DNA of 64,000 nucleotides from Thermoplasmata archaeon (GCA_021792255.1 JAJYUZ010000004.1:64001-128000), one strand, 5' to 3'. Counted from the first letter of the stretch, positions 49,372 through 59,778 are shown. The notes: generated from the sequence alone by a model not told the origin. Made by a program: numbers and translations.

Positions 49372-49548
49372 CCGGAGAATGCCTTTCTTTCTACCTTCAT
49401 AGCCTCAAACTCAACTATGTGTCGGCTTTGTCAAGAGGACGGAGTCAGTGACCACCTAAAACTCTGAAGAATGTGCGAGCACGATTTCATTTCGGTGAAT
49501 AGTCGTGGCGTAGATGTTAAATCTTCGATTTATCATTTCATCTGTTCC

Positions 49549-49785
49549 TTACCCAGACCCATTCTTCTTTTTGCCATTACGTGTTAACAACCTATTCTTT
49601 ACTGTCTCTTCGACGTGTTTCAGTTCAGACTCTATTGATTTCAGTGGGCCTTCTTTTTTGGGTTTGTTCTTCCGATTCATTTCATGCTGGAGAGATTTCT
49701 CGATAGCCTCTTTTCTCACTCTCTTGGTGTACTTGATTTCCCTTCTTTTCTCTTCCTTCTTCAACTCCCTCTTCCAGTCACCCAA
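49549..49785 (-). CDS. Small Lys/Arg/Glu-rich protein
   Basis: GGAGGT RBS and TTG start; very charged, helical. Confidence 0.55.
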   Translation of the reverse strand: MGDWKRELKKEEKRREIKYTKRVRKEAIEKSLQHEMNRKNKPKKEGPLKSIESELKHVEETVKNRLLTRNGKKKNGSG

Positions 49786-49922
49786 AGCGATACCTCCTTT
49801 TCAAAATGGAATTCAGTGAATAAAATGAACCCCTGTCCTTGAGGATGGGATTCAAATTTACGTGGGTAGACGGGTTGCTTTTCATCACTCTTTCAATTGA
49901 AAATCTCTAATAAACGTTTCTG

Positions 49923-50323
49923 GTGATAGATTATCGTACACCTGAAGGTTTGACAGAAAGACCTTTTTCGGGCTCACGGGCAGAGGTAAGGACGGTACAA
50001 TCGCAATGGCAATCTTATAATAGAGAGTATTCACACTGCTCTTTCTTGCCAGCTGACTTAATGCACATTTTATCAAATGGTTCACATTTTCTTTCTATAA
50101 CACAATTAGAAAACCACAAGAAAGCTAATTGGTGAGGGCAGTCTTGGCATATTATGGAAGAGCACGAGTTGGATGTTTCTGAAATATTCACGCCAAGGCT
50201 GACATATAAAACCATTTTTGACTTCTCAATAAGAATATGATAGGTCCATCTCATTTCATGAAGGAATTTAATGGAATTTATTTGAACGAAAAGGGCAGAA
50301 GGGTCTTTGTTGAGGATTCCTAA
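49923..50323 (+). pseudogene. cas1: Degenerate cas1 (type I-B-like)
   Basis: Frameshifted ELDVSEIF.P....TIF / LNKNMI..SHF.KEFNGIYLNEKGRRVFVE matches the Cas1 C-terminus. Confidence 0.7.
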
Positions 50324-50489
50324 TAAGAATTTCTCCAATATCGCGCAGTGTAATGGATGACCATTTCTGAGCAAGACTGAAATTAGCTTGTTCTTCTGGA
50401 CATAGCGTTTGATTAAGAACAACCGATCGGCTTCTGGGAAATTTGTATATAGATATTTAGCTCTTTAGCAAATTGAGAGGGAAAGAGAA

Positions 50490-51077
50490 ATGAAAAGAAT
50501 GACAAAGGCGATAGTTGCTATAGTAATCTTAATTGCCCTTGTATATCTGGTTGGAATTCCTGAAATCCCCTACTTCGATAACTATCAAATCCGACTTTCT
50601 GCCGGTCTCGATCCACACTCTTTTGAATCGGGGTCAAATGTTTCACTCAGCGTGACGATGACAAACCTCTGGTTCACAACCTACCTTCTTAAAGAGAACT
50701 TCTGGGTTAGAGGAATCAACCTTATGGGTGGTCCTTGTTCCTACACTCCCTTGGGGTTCCTCGTATACCAAGGCAACCTCACCCAGTCAACTTTAATGTC
50801 TGCAACACCGCTCAACGTGTCAAATCCTAGCGTGATAGTGCTTTTTAACTGCCCGATGATTCGTGCCTCTCCACTGAACGCGTTCTATAGATTCAATGGA
50901 TTCTCCTCCATTTCATACTCCACCTCTTTCGGTGGATATTGGACACCCCTACCTCCTTATACGGGAAACCAGTCTAGCCAGACTTATGTCTTTAACGAAT
51001 TCGGTCCGGGAGTATACACTGTTCTGGTCAAGGATGCTTGGGGAGCAAACGTGCTTCTTCACTTCATCGTAAATTGA
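50490..51077 (+). CDS. Hypothetical secreted/membrane-anchored protein
   Basis: N-terminal TM; C-terminal PGVYTVLVKDAWG..F.V beta-sandwich motif. Confidence 0.7.
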   Translation: MKRMTKAIVAIVILIALVYLVGIPEIPYFDNYQIRLSAGLDPHSFESGSNVSLSVTMTNLWFTTYLLKENFWVRGINLMGGPCSYTPLGFLVYQGNLTQSTLMSATPLNVSNPSVIVLFNCPMIRASPLNAFYRFNGFSSISYSTSFGGYWTPLPPYTGNQSSQTYVFNEFGPGVYTVLVKDAWGANVLLHFIVN

Positions 51078-51741
51078 TTTCCGCTGATTCATGACAATCT
51101 CTAAAAGACTCATTTCAAACCAGAAAAAACATTGTAGTCAAGGGGGTAGTTCGTGCACTATCATGAAGATCCCGCTTTCTGAACTCGAGCCGATCCTTTT
51201 TGCGTGGCCCAAAGGTACACTTATCAAGATTGAAAATTTTACCGCCTTTTGGATTTTGAAGAGTTAATGTGGTAAATAAGTCATTACTCGCCCTGCTAAT
51301 GTATCTCATTTTAAGTCTCACAACGACACTCATTAACCTCTTCTTTAGGATAGCAGGAGAGCCTATTGATATCGATAAAATTAAATCATCATTGTAACCT
51401 TTCTGACGAATAGAACGAGTGTAGAAGAAAACGAAATATTATGAACTTCCCGTCTTCTTCTACGTAAGTTCCTCCTTTTTAAAACAGAAACTCCTCTGAA
51501 GTATTCTGACGGTTAAAACCAGACAGCGAACGAATTTTTGTTTATGAATGGGATTTCGAGCTAACTGAGTTATTTTAAAAAAAATGGATATGAGACCATT
51601 GGACAGGACCTGTTCCCGAAGAATAACTCCTCTTTGATTTTCTCAGAATAGGGGGTCTCAAGAAGGATTGAAGTCATGGGAATTGACCTGTTTGTTCTCC
51701 ACGTGTAGAATGGATGTGGTTCAAATCTCGTAAACCTGGTT

Positions 51742-52275
51742 CTATTTATTTTTTCTAAATTTCTTTCTATACGAAGTATAGGATTCGGATACAATCTTCA
51801 GAGCCTCCTTCCTTCCATTGAAACCTATGAACTTCATGAATTTTCCGCTTTCTAGTTCTTTATAGTGTTCAAAGAAGTGTCTCAGAACATTCTTTTCATA
51901 CTCTGGGATGTCCCGGATATCCTTTATTGATTCAGAGTTTGGATCTACCTCGTTTACCGGAACAGCTATGATCTTATCGTCAATTCCGTGCTCGTCTTCC
52001 ATTTCGGCAAGTCCCACTGCTCTGCACTTGACTACTATCCCTGGCTGGATTGCTGCAGATGAAATCAAAAGAACGTCCAATGGATCATTGTCCTTTGCCC
52101 ACGTCTGAAGTATCAAGCCGTAGTTGGTGGGATATTTCATCGGAGTAAATAGTACCCTGTCAAGAATTATGGTCTCTAGTTCACTGCTATACTCGTACTT
52201 GCAATCGCTTCCCATAGAGATCTCGACTAGGACGTAGAACGTATCGGGGAAATCCTTTGTCTGGCCAATTTTCAT
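51742..52275 (-). CDS. ppa: Inorganic pyrophosphatase (family I)
   Basis: VEI, KYEY, LDRVL, YPTNYG, DNDPLDVL, DDKIIAVP, HFFEHYKELE. Confidence 0.95.
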   Translation of the reverse strand: MKIGQTKDFPDTFYVLVEISMGSDCKYEYSSELETIILDRVLFTPMKYPTNYGLILQTWAKDNDPLDVLLISSAAIQPGIVVKCRAVGLAEMEDEHGIDDKIIAVPVNEVDPNSESIKDIRDIPEYEKNVLRHFFEHYKELESGKFMKFIGFNGRKEALKIVSESYTSYRKKFRKNK

Positions 52276-52383
52276 GATTTTGAATAGGCAACTCGAAAAT
52301 ATAGCAATTTTGGCGGAATTGAATTTGAATAGTCTTGATCCTTATCGGAGAAGCATAAATCGTAGTCGCTTATTTGGTGTTGA

Positions 52384-53103
52384 ATGAAAAAAGTGCAGAA
52401 AGGGATCAACGGTCTCTCTCGCGGAAAAGGAGATCCCTCTAGAGACGGATCGATATCTGACCTAAAGGTGGGAGGCCTATCGGAGGTCAAGGAGTGGGGT
52501 TGGAATGCAGAAAATCTCGCTGATAACCTTATTGCAATAGATTATGAGACTATAGAAGGACTCAGGTCAGAAGACGAAGGAACCATAGAAACCTGGAAAG
52601 ATATACGGTTCAGCTATTCACAGACCTGGGGGATCATATACTCGAAGCCCAAAGAAATAGAGGGATACTGGAGTTATGTGCCTCTATTTCCAGAATATTT
52701 CGATAGGCTAATGAGTGGAATAATTCTTGAAGGTGACATCACGAAGGAGATGATACCACCGATCCACGAAAAAGGCCGATTTGACATCTATCTGACCACA
52801 CTGGCACTCAAAGAGAAACACAGAGGTAACGGAGTAGTACGCCTCTTGTACGATTCATTTATCAGGGCCGTCGAAGAGCTTGCGAAGAGTGGAGTATATT
52901 TCGACAGGATAGGGGCAAACGCTTACACCCTCGCAGGCTTAGCCGTCTGTACTAGAGTTTTTGGAATGAAATATCTGAGGGACAGCCCTAGCAGTGGAAA
53001 GATCATGGGTGGAAAGTTCTATCCTTTTGTCCCAAATGGAATCGCATCAAAGAGCAAGGATCTTGAATCGATTTACGACAAGGAGTTCAGAAATAGAAGA
53101 TGA
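52384..53103 (+). CDS. Hypothetical protein, GNAT-like fold
   Basis: IYLTTLALKEKHRGNG acetyl-CoA-binding-like motif; ANAYT..G. Confidence 0.55.
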   Translation: MKKVQKGINGLSRGKGDPSRDGSISDLKVGGLSEVKEWGWNAENLADNLIAIDYETIEGLRSEDEGTIETWKDIRFSYSQTWGIIYSKPKEIEGYWSYVPLFPEYFDRLMSGIILEGDITKEMIPPIHEKGRFDIYLTTLALKEKHRGNGVVRLLYDSFIRAVEELAKSGVYFDRIGANAYTLAGLAVCTRVFGMKYLRDSPSSGKIMGGKFYPFVPNGIASKSKDLESIYDKEFRNRR

Positions 53104-53194
53104 TGATCGAGAAGCAGTTGAGATAAATTATACCGTCCAGAGATACACACCGTAAAGATAGTATTATAATTATAAGCCGACTAATGCCTTACTC

Positions 53195-54220
53195 ATGCTG
53201 AAATCACTCTGTTCTAGTTGTGGAAAGGAAAGAGTCAGCTTTACGAACAGTCCTAATTGTGATTGTGGAGGGATCTTGGTACCCAGAATTGACTTCAGGT
53301 ATCGTGATGGTAGCTACCTTGTCAATTTTCCCTACCTTGACAGAGTAATCGATCTGGGAGAAACGGAAACGCCACTTGCAGAAATTGGTCGAGTAAAATT
53401 CAAGCTTGATTATTTTCAACCGACTTTCTCTTACAAAGACAGAGGAAGCAAGACATTGATTTCGAGCCTGAGCTCCAACCTCCCAAGAGGTTCCGAGATC
53501 AACGAAGATTCATCTGGGAATGCGGGCGCTTCGATTAGTGCTTATGGAGGTGCTGCGGGCTTCAAAGTGAACATATTTGCCCCAAAAGACACCAAGCCCG
53601 GAAAGGTCAACCAAATAAGGGCATACGGAGCAGACATTCATCTTGTGACGGGCTCCAGGAAGGATGTGGCAGAAGCCGCGTCCAATCATTCTGGTTACTA
53701 CGCAAGTCATGTGTTGAATCCAGAATTCAGAGATGGTATGAGACAACTGAGTTATGAAATTTTCAGGCAACTCAGCCACAAAATTCCAACAAGAGTCTTT
53801 GTCCCGGTTTCTGCAGGAACACTATTGCTCGGTCTCGTGTCGGGATTCGAACACCTTGTCGAATCGGGTGAAGCCTCAGGAGTACCAGAGATCGTTGCTG
53901 TGCAAACGGAGGCGGTATGTCCTGTCTGTGCCGCAACAGACAATTTCGTGTATGATAAAGGCAATGGTAAGACCTCGGTAGCAGATGCTCTCGTCTCAAG
54001 AGAACCGGCACTCTTGCAGTTGATGGTGACAGAGCTGAAGAAATACGGGAAGTGTATCACGGTCACTGAGGATGAGATAATATCAGCCCGGTCAGCACTG
54101 GCGATGAAGGGTCTTTACGTTGAATACAGTTCCGCCACGGTATGGGCAGCCTACGAGAAAGGTCGTTACGATGGAGAGAACGTTTTGGTACTGACAGGGA
54201 ACGGTCTGAAGACTCCGTGA
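53195..54220 (+). CDS. Threonine synthase-like PLP enzyme (fold II)
   Basis: N-terminal CxxC, LGETETP, PTFSYKDRG, DSSGNAG, PVSAG, LTGNGLK. Confidence 0.88.
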   Translation: MLKSLCSSCGKERVSFTNSPNCDCGGILVPRIDFRYRDGSYLVNFPYLDRVIDLGETETPLAEIGRVKFKLDYFQPTFSYKDRGSKTLISSLSSNLPRGSEINEDSSGNAGASISAYGGAAGFKVNIFAPKDTKPGKVNQIRAYGADIHLVTGSRKDVAEAASNHSGYYASHVLNPEFRDGMRQLSYEIFRQLSHKIPTRVFVPVSAGTLLLGLVSGFEHLVESGEASGVPEIVAVQTEAVCPVCAATDNFVYDKGNGKTSVADALVSREPALLQLMVTELKKYGKCITVTEDEIISARSALAMKGLYVEYSSATVWAAYEKGRYDGENVLVLTGNGLKTP

Positions 54221-54287
54221 GTTATCGACATTCATGCAGAGATCCCTGAAGAACGATTGAAAGCCAGACGGAATTCTGTTTTAAAGT

Positions 54288-55166
54288 TCACTTTTTTATG
54301 CCAGTCACTGCCAGTCCGGCCAAAATGACACTACCACCTATTATGGTGGTCAAACTGATTGGTTCAGAGATCAACACCGATGCAAAAATGACGGTCACGA
54401 ATGGAGTAATGTACAGGGTCGTTCCCGCGGTGATGGGTCTTACCTTCTTGAGACCATCAAACCACAGATAGTAACCGACAAATGTTGCCAGTATCCCTAT
54501 GAATAGAAGCGAGACGATTAGGTAGACATTTCTGATAAAAAAGAGTGCAAAGATTCCTGAATTTACGAACGGAAGAAGCATGACCAATCCCACGATCGAA
54601 ACGTAGCCCGTAACATTGAGTGGATTGTGCTTCACTAACAGGTCCTTTCCAACGACGGTGAAAATCGCCCAGGACAAAGCACTCAAGAGGACCAGAACTG
54701 CAGAGAACAGCTCTGACCGTACGAGACTTGTCGGTCTAAGGAGGATCACCATTCCTATTGTAGATACGAGAAGGCCCGTTACGACCATCCAGGACAGATT
54801 GTCCTTCTTGAGGGATATACCCAGAACGACTATGAATATCGGTTCAAAAGAGACTATGAAGCTGGCATCACCCGCCGATAATCCATTCTCTCCCAAAATA
54901 AACAACAGCTGATAGAGAAGCACTCCAGTCAAGGCTAGAATTACTATCTTCACCATTTCTCCCACATTGTATCTCTCTCGAGTAAGAAACAACACGGGAA
55001 CGAACATCACTGCCGCTATCAAAAATCTCGAGAACGCGATCTGTTGAGGATCGAGGAACGAAAGAGAGTACTTCATGAGAACATAAGTTATCCCCCATAT
55101 GATCGAAGTCACGACAAGTTCGATATAACCTATCGCCGCCTGTTTTCGTACCATTTTCGATCCCAT
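54288..55166 (-). CDS. DMT/EamA family transporter
   Basis: IWG, two EamA repeats, about 10 TMs. Confidence 0.9.
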   Translation of the reverse strand: MGSKMVRKQAAIGYIELVVTSIIWGITYVLMKYSLSFLDPQQIAFSRFLIAAVMFVPVLFLTRERYNVGEMVKIVILALTGVLLYQLLFILGENGLSAGDASFIVSFEPIFIVVLGISLKKDNLSWMVVTGLLVSTIGMVILLRPTSLVRSELFSAVLVLLSALSWAIFTVVGKDLLVKHNPLNVTGYVSIVGLVMLLPFVNSGIFALFFIRNVYLIVSLLFIGILATFVGYYLWFDGLKKVRPITAGTTLYITPFVTVIFASVLISEPISLTTIIGGSVILAGLAVTGIKK

Positions 55167-55214
55167 ATTACGTACTGCAATAAAAAAATAAATAGGGCCT
55201 GTCGATTGGGTTTA

Positions 55215-55862
55215 ATGTTCTACTTGGACCCAGGAATATTTCTAGCCGCGATGGGAATAACCCTCCTTGAAATATCCGAAGCCTCTGCAGTCGGATTGGC
55301 CATTTCCGCAGAGGGAGGGAATAAAGCATTCCTTTACGTTGCTCTTGGAGTCCTTATTGTGCTGATTATTACTTTTGCAGTCGGTCAGCAGATTGCAAGG
55401 CTGCCAATCCTGTACGTAAGACTTGTGGCTGCAGTATTGCTCCTATACTTTGGGTTGCGACTCGCAAGAAGCGCAAGGAGAGCAGTAGTGAGATCAAGAA
55501 GTTCCGTATCACAAAAAGAAGAGAGTATTGAGAAGGGAATTTTCTACACAGCCTTCTCCGTGGGTCTTGTGGAGTCATTTGAAGCTGCGATTGTACTCGT
55601 TGCCCTCATACCTATGAACTTCGACTCGACCCTTTATGGCTTGGTACTCGGATTGCTGATAGTAGTCGTAGGAACCGTAGTCTTGAAGTCACAGGTCAGG
55701 AAGATAAAGCAGGTCAATATGAAGGTAGTGGTCTCGGCCCTTCTCTTGGCATTTTCTGCGTTCTGGTTTGGTGAAGCTGCGACGAATCTGTCCGATCTCT
55801 GGTTGGTTCCTCTATTCATCGTATTCGGAGTGGCTATCTACATCTTTGCTCATAGAAGATAA
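55215..55862 (+). CDS. Membrane protein, LysE-superfamily/GDT1-like with two ExxE motifs
   Basis: LLEISEA and LVESFEA repeats; about 6-7 TMs; ATG at 55215 preferred as start. Confidence 0.65.
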   Translation: MFYLDPGIFLAAMGITLLEISEASAVGLAISAEGGNKAFLYVALGVLIVLIITFAVGQQIARLPILYVRLVAAVLLLYFGLRLARSARRAVVRSRSSVSQKEESIEKGIFYTAFSVGLVESFEAAIVLVALIPMNFDSTLYGLVLGLLIVVVGTVVLKSQVRKIKQVNMKVVVSALLLAFSAFWFGEAATNLSDLWLVPLFIVFGVAIYIFAHRR

Positions 55863-56041
55863 CAAATGTAAGCCACGAAAACTATCGGCCAGTTTGGAAA
55901 AACATGGTGAAAGGAGTCTAATCGCCGAATCCACTTTACTATTCTAGGTGTGCTAAACCAGTTTTTCACACCTTTCGGTACTACCAGGTAGAGCAAAATA
56001 ATCACAAAATAAATATATAGTCAAATTTAAGTGCACTTAAA

Positions 56042-57400
56042 ATGAATAGAAGACTGTTGTCGATATTGACATTTTCGGTGATTGTAGCACTGACTGTATC
56101 TGTCTTCATGTCAGCGCAATCGGCCTACGGAGCATCAGGGACTTCAACGATAGAGGTGCCTTCTCTGGTGCTTAACATCACTGCAGGAAGCAGCATCTCA
56201 ACAAACTACACGGTCAAGCTGACCTCGGGAACTACGTGGGGGACAAACATTGCATATAAATCCTCTTCGGGAATATCCGCTTCGTTCAGCGTAGCGACGG
56301 GAGATCCAACATACAGCGGAGTAATGACTGTCAAGGTTTCATCATCAGTAGCGACCGGCTCATACACGCTATCATTGTATGCAACCGGAGACGATCCGTC
56401 TAGTAACACTAACCTTACGGTCAACGTGGCTGCTCCCGCAGTAGCAAAAGGAACCTCGACCATAGAGCTATCTTCCTCGAGTCTGGACGTGACTGCAGGA
56501 ACGAGCGCAACCACTGACTATGTCGTGAGTTTATCATCAGGAACTGCAGGGCAGACGAGCATTTCGTACGAATCACACAGCGGCATATCGGCCACCTTCA
56601 GCGTCCCTTCTGGAGTTCCGAATTTCAATGGCACGATGACTGTTTCAGTTGCTTCATCCGTAGCAGCTGGATCATACACCCTCTCGCTTAATGCCACTGG
56701 TTCTGACCCAGCGGGTCAAACCAATCTTACGGTCAAAGTGGCTGCACCAGCGGTCACAAAGGAAGTCATATTGCACTCTGAAAAGACCATCCAGGTCGAT
56801 GCCAAATCAAGCAATTCTTACTCGGTTAGCGTAACCTCTCCCGGATCCTACAACCTCACCGTACTGATAGCTCCAGGCACCTACGCAAAGATTAACAACA
56901 CGATGGAATCAGTTTACAACTTCACACTTGCGACGTTTAACGAGAACTCCAGTTTCCCTTCTCCATCATCCAATTTCACGGTCCAATTCTTTTTCGTATT
57001 TGAGGTAAACCATCTGGTGACGGGGCATATAATGTTCGTCAACTCAAGTGGAGACGCTGTACCGGTAATGACAGAGATTAACTCTCCTTCAAACTGGACC
57101 AGCTATACCTTCTTGGGAGGAGGGCTAATAAACAACGGAAGTGCTTACAATTATGCAAACGGAACCTATGCATTCGCGAATACCTGGACTTTCAACAGCA
57201 CATCGAAGGAACTTGTAAATGACCAGTTCGTTAGCCCGGTTCCATGGGTATTCCTAGAGCAGGCCGGGCACAAGCTTACTCCATCGACCAACTATGGCTC
57301 ATCTACCACTATTTACCTGGTAATTTCAGTGATAGTCGTTGTAGCAATAATCGGAGTGGTCCTCGGCACGCGATTCAGCAAGAACAAGGATAAGAAGTGA
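56042..57400 (+). CDS. Cell-surface glycoprotein with two tandem Ig-like repeats
   Basis: Signal peptide; two 104-aa repeats (GTSTIE...VAAPAV); many NxS/T sites; C-terminal TM and basic tail. Confidence 0.8.
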   Translation: MNRRLLSILTFSVIVALTVSVFMSAQSAYGASGTSTIEVPSLVLNITAGSSISTNYTVKLTSGTTWGTNIAYKSSSGISASFSVATGDPTYSGVMTVKVSSSVATGSYTLSLYATGDDPSSNTNLTVNVAAPAVAKGTSTIELSSSSLDVTAGTSATTDYVVSLSSGTAGQTSISYESHSGISATFSVPSGVPNFNGTMTVSVASSVAAGSYTLSLNATGSDPAGQTNLTVKVAAPAVTKEVILHSEKTIQVDAKSSNSYSVSVTSPGSYNLTVLIAPGTYAKINNTMESVYNFTLATFNENSSFPSPSSNFTVQFFFVFEVNHLVTGHIMFVNSSGDAVPVMTEINSPSNWTSYTFLGGGLINNGSAYNYANGTYAFANTWTFNSTSKELVNDQFVSPVPWVFLEQAGHKLTPSTNYGSSTTIYLVISVIVVVAIIGVVLGTRFSKNKDKK

Positions 57401-57426
57401 CTTGTGTACCGGAATTAATTTCTAAT

Positions 57427-57472
57427 GATTTTTTTTATTACTTTTTCATTTTACTCATTTATTCTCTTTTTG
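57427..57472 (+). terminator. Oligo-T archaeal terminator tract
   Basis: Several T-runs right after the surface-protein gene. Confidence 0.5.
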
Positions 57473-57777
57473 CTGAATTGATTCAATAAATCACCTAGAG
57501 ATGTCAGAAACATCTCATCCGTATTCCGTAAGGAACATAACGTTCGGCTGATTTTCGAAGATTACTTGAGGACATTCCTACCAAGGTCTATAGGTCAAAT
57601 GGTGTGATTTTGATTTTGTTACTTGCCAACAGCTGTCCGCTTCACAAAATACATAATAGACTTAGCGGTAGTCACTACGGAAAATCCGATTGCTTTTTTA
57701 AAAGATCTGTCCTGTGGACGAGAAGTTTTAGAAGAAATCAGCGAAATTTAATGTCGGTACATTAATCCGATATCCAA

Positions 57778-57850
57778 TGGGCTCGGCCGGATTTGAACCG
57801 GCGGCCTTCGCTGTGTGAGAGCGATGTCATAACCACTAGACCACGAGCCC
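57778..57850 (-). tRNA. tRNA-Val (CAC)
   Basis: GGGCTCG...CGAGCCC-A; anticodon arm TCGCT-CTCACAC-AGCGA. Confidence 0.96.
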
Positions 57851-57914
57851 CGAGGTTAATTTTCTTGACGGTTATTACTTTTGCTTCTATTAATAAGATG
57901 TCTCATCTAACGTC

Positions 57915-58365
57915 ACACTGTGACTTTATCCTCTTTAACCCGAGTCTACTGAACATATGGTTCGATGAGATTTTGAAGTGATATATCACCATTTTGATCC
58001 TGTTGACACATCCTAATTCCTCTTCACGACAACTCAGATATATCCACAATCCAATATGTCCTTTAGGGTTGCGAATGTTCTCTCAATTTCCATTCTCGTG
58101 AATGTCTCTAAGATTCATTCTTTCTTATTTCTATTCCGTCATTCCTTTCATTTGAGAGCCTTTCCTCGACTATTCTTCTTCTCTTTTTGGGTCTATGACA
58201 AGGAAGGATTTTGTGCTCTTGAATTCATAATCATTTATGTCAGAGGAATCGTAAGTTGCATCAATCATAACGTGTTCATGTTCACCAAGTGAGTCCATGA
58301 GAGGGAAGGCCATGTTTTGGTCGAATGGTGATGCAGCCTTAACCACATACTCATCTGTTGAAATT
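57915..58365 (-). mobile_element. DDE transposase (IS5/IS4-like) C-terminal remnant
   Basis: A..FD..A, IDATYDS (DxxY), R.EIERTF motif, with stops and frameshifts. Confidence 0.7.
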
Positions 58366-58411
58366 TAATCCGTCTCACAAGTGGTGATAGTCTTTTATCA
58401 ACCTTGCGATC

Positions 58412-59416
58412 ATGATGAGATTGAACGACTATTCTCTGACAAACTACACCTTCGATCTACCAAAGGATCTTATAAGGCAGGTGCCCCCAGAAGATAGGAC
58501 AAGCTGCAGACTGATGATTATTGACAATAAGAAAATCCATCACTCCAATTTCCAAGAAATACCGAAGATTTTGAAAAAAGGTGATGTCATTGTTCTGAAC
58601 AAGACCAGGGTAAGGAAGTCACTCGTTTTTGGAAGAAAAATCACGGGTGGAAAACTCGAGATCAATTTCCTGAAGAAGCAACAGAACGGATTTTCAGCTC
58701 TGATTAAGGGAAGGATCAAAGACGGAGACACTTTTGAAATTGGAAACAAGGTAGTCAAGGTTGGTTCTGATGCAGAAGGATTTAGAACTATTGAAGGAGA
58801 AGTTGACTGGAATTTTATCGAGAAAATAGGCCACCTCCCCCTTCCGCCCTATATCAAAGAGAGAAAAGACTATCAGTATTACCAGAATGAAATAGGTATC
58901 CAAACGGGCTCCATCGCAGCCCCTACAGCCAGTCTTCACTTCAGCAAAGAGATGCTGGATTCGTTGACAAAAAAAGGGGTAAAAGTTAATTATGTTCTTC
59001 TCGAGGTGGGATATGGAACCTATAAAGAGATCAAAGACGAAAACATCAGAAACCACATAGTAGATGAAGAGAATATCGAAGTCTCCAGAGACGTCGTGGC
59101 GGACATTGAAAGCGCAAGAGGGAATGTCCTCGCTGTAGGAACTACGGTAATGAGGGCCTTGGAAACGTCTTCTTATCCGGGCAGAATGAATCCCTACAAA
59201 GGACTCACTAGAATTTTCATATATCCGGGATGGAAATTCAACTCACCCGTGACACATCTCGTCACAAATTTTCACATTCCGAGAAGTTCGCTCCTTTCCC
59301 TAGTCTATGCATTCGGTGGAGAAGAGAGAATCAAAGAGGCGTACAGAGAAGCGATAGAAGAACGGTACTACTTTTACAGCCTCGGGGATGCAATGATGAT
59401 GGATAAATCCCCCTAA
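58412..59416 (+). CDS. queA: S-adenosylmethionine:tRNA ribosyltransferase-isomerase (QueA family)
   Basis: YTFDLP, N.TRV, PLPPYI, GSIAAPTASLHF, AVGTT, TNFHIPRSSLL, FYSLGDAM. Confidence 0.9.
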   Translation: MMRLNDYSLTNYTFDLPKDLIRQVPPEDRTSCRLMIIDNKKIHHSNFQEIPKILKKGDVIVLNKTRVRKSLVFGRKITGGKLEINFLKKQQNGFSALIKGRIKDGDTFEIGNKVVKVGSDAEGFRTIEGEVDWNFIEKIGHLPLPPYIKERKDYQYYQNEIGIQTGSIAAPTASLHFSKEMLDSLTKKGVKVNYVLLEVGYGTYKEIKDENIRNHIVDEENIEVSRDVVADIESARGNVLAVGTTVMRALETSSYPGRMNPYKGLTRIFIYPGWKFNSPVTHLVTNFHIPRSSLLSLVYAFGGEERIKEAYREAIEERYYFYSLGDAMMMDKSP

Positions 59417-59778
59417 TTCTTTGCGTTTCCTTTCTGGTAGAGCTTGTTTATTTCTTCGGTTATGGTCTTTAACTTTGAGTTCAGTTGATTAACTTGTTCC
59501 TTTATGGTCTTCAATCGCATCTCAGCGATCTCCACATCCTCTTCTATTTCCTTCTTAAAGGAGTCCACGTCCTTGACCCTTACTAAGATGGATCCTACTC
59601 CCCTGTAAATCTCATCGTCTGAGTTTGATTTGTTGAGATAATCAAGAGTTTTCTTGTCTTCTCTGGACTTGACTTCATATTGATACTGCTGAGCAAGGAG
59701 AGTTTCGAGTTGCTTTTGAACCGTTTCTGCCTGTTTCATCTGGTCCTGTACATACGGCCCTAGGTTTAAATCGACCAT
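59413..59778 (-). CDS. pfdB: Prefoldin beta subunit
   Basis: Coiled coil - IYRGVGSILV hairpin - coiled coil. Confidence 0.85.
   Translation of the reverse strand: MVDLNLGPYVQDQMKQAETVQKQLETLLAQQYQYEVKSREDKKTLDYLNKSNSDDEIYRGVGSILVRVKDVDSFKKEIEEDVEIAEMRLKTIKEQVNQLNSKLKTITEEINKLYQKGNAKN

Noticed and set aside
51511-51562. GTTAAAACCAGAC...ATGGGATT resembling a type I-B CRISPR repeat near the cas1 fossil
   Set aside because: Single, interrupted copy with no repeat-spacer periodicity; no CRISPR array is visible in the window
55905-55990. GGTGA...TCGCC stem resembling a fluoride riboswitch
   Set aside because: The pseudoknot partner and 3' consensus are missing, and no crcB-type gene follows
46416-57777. 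att duplicates of the tRNA-Arg or tRNA-Val 3' ends
   Set aside because: No convincing second copy found by eye
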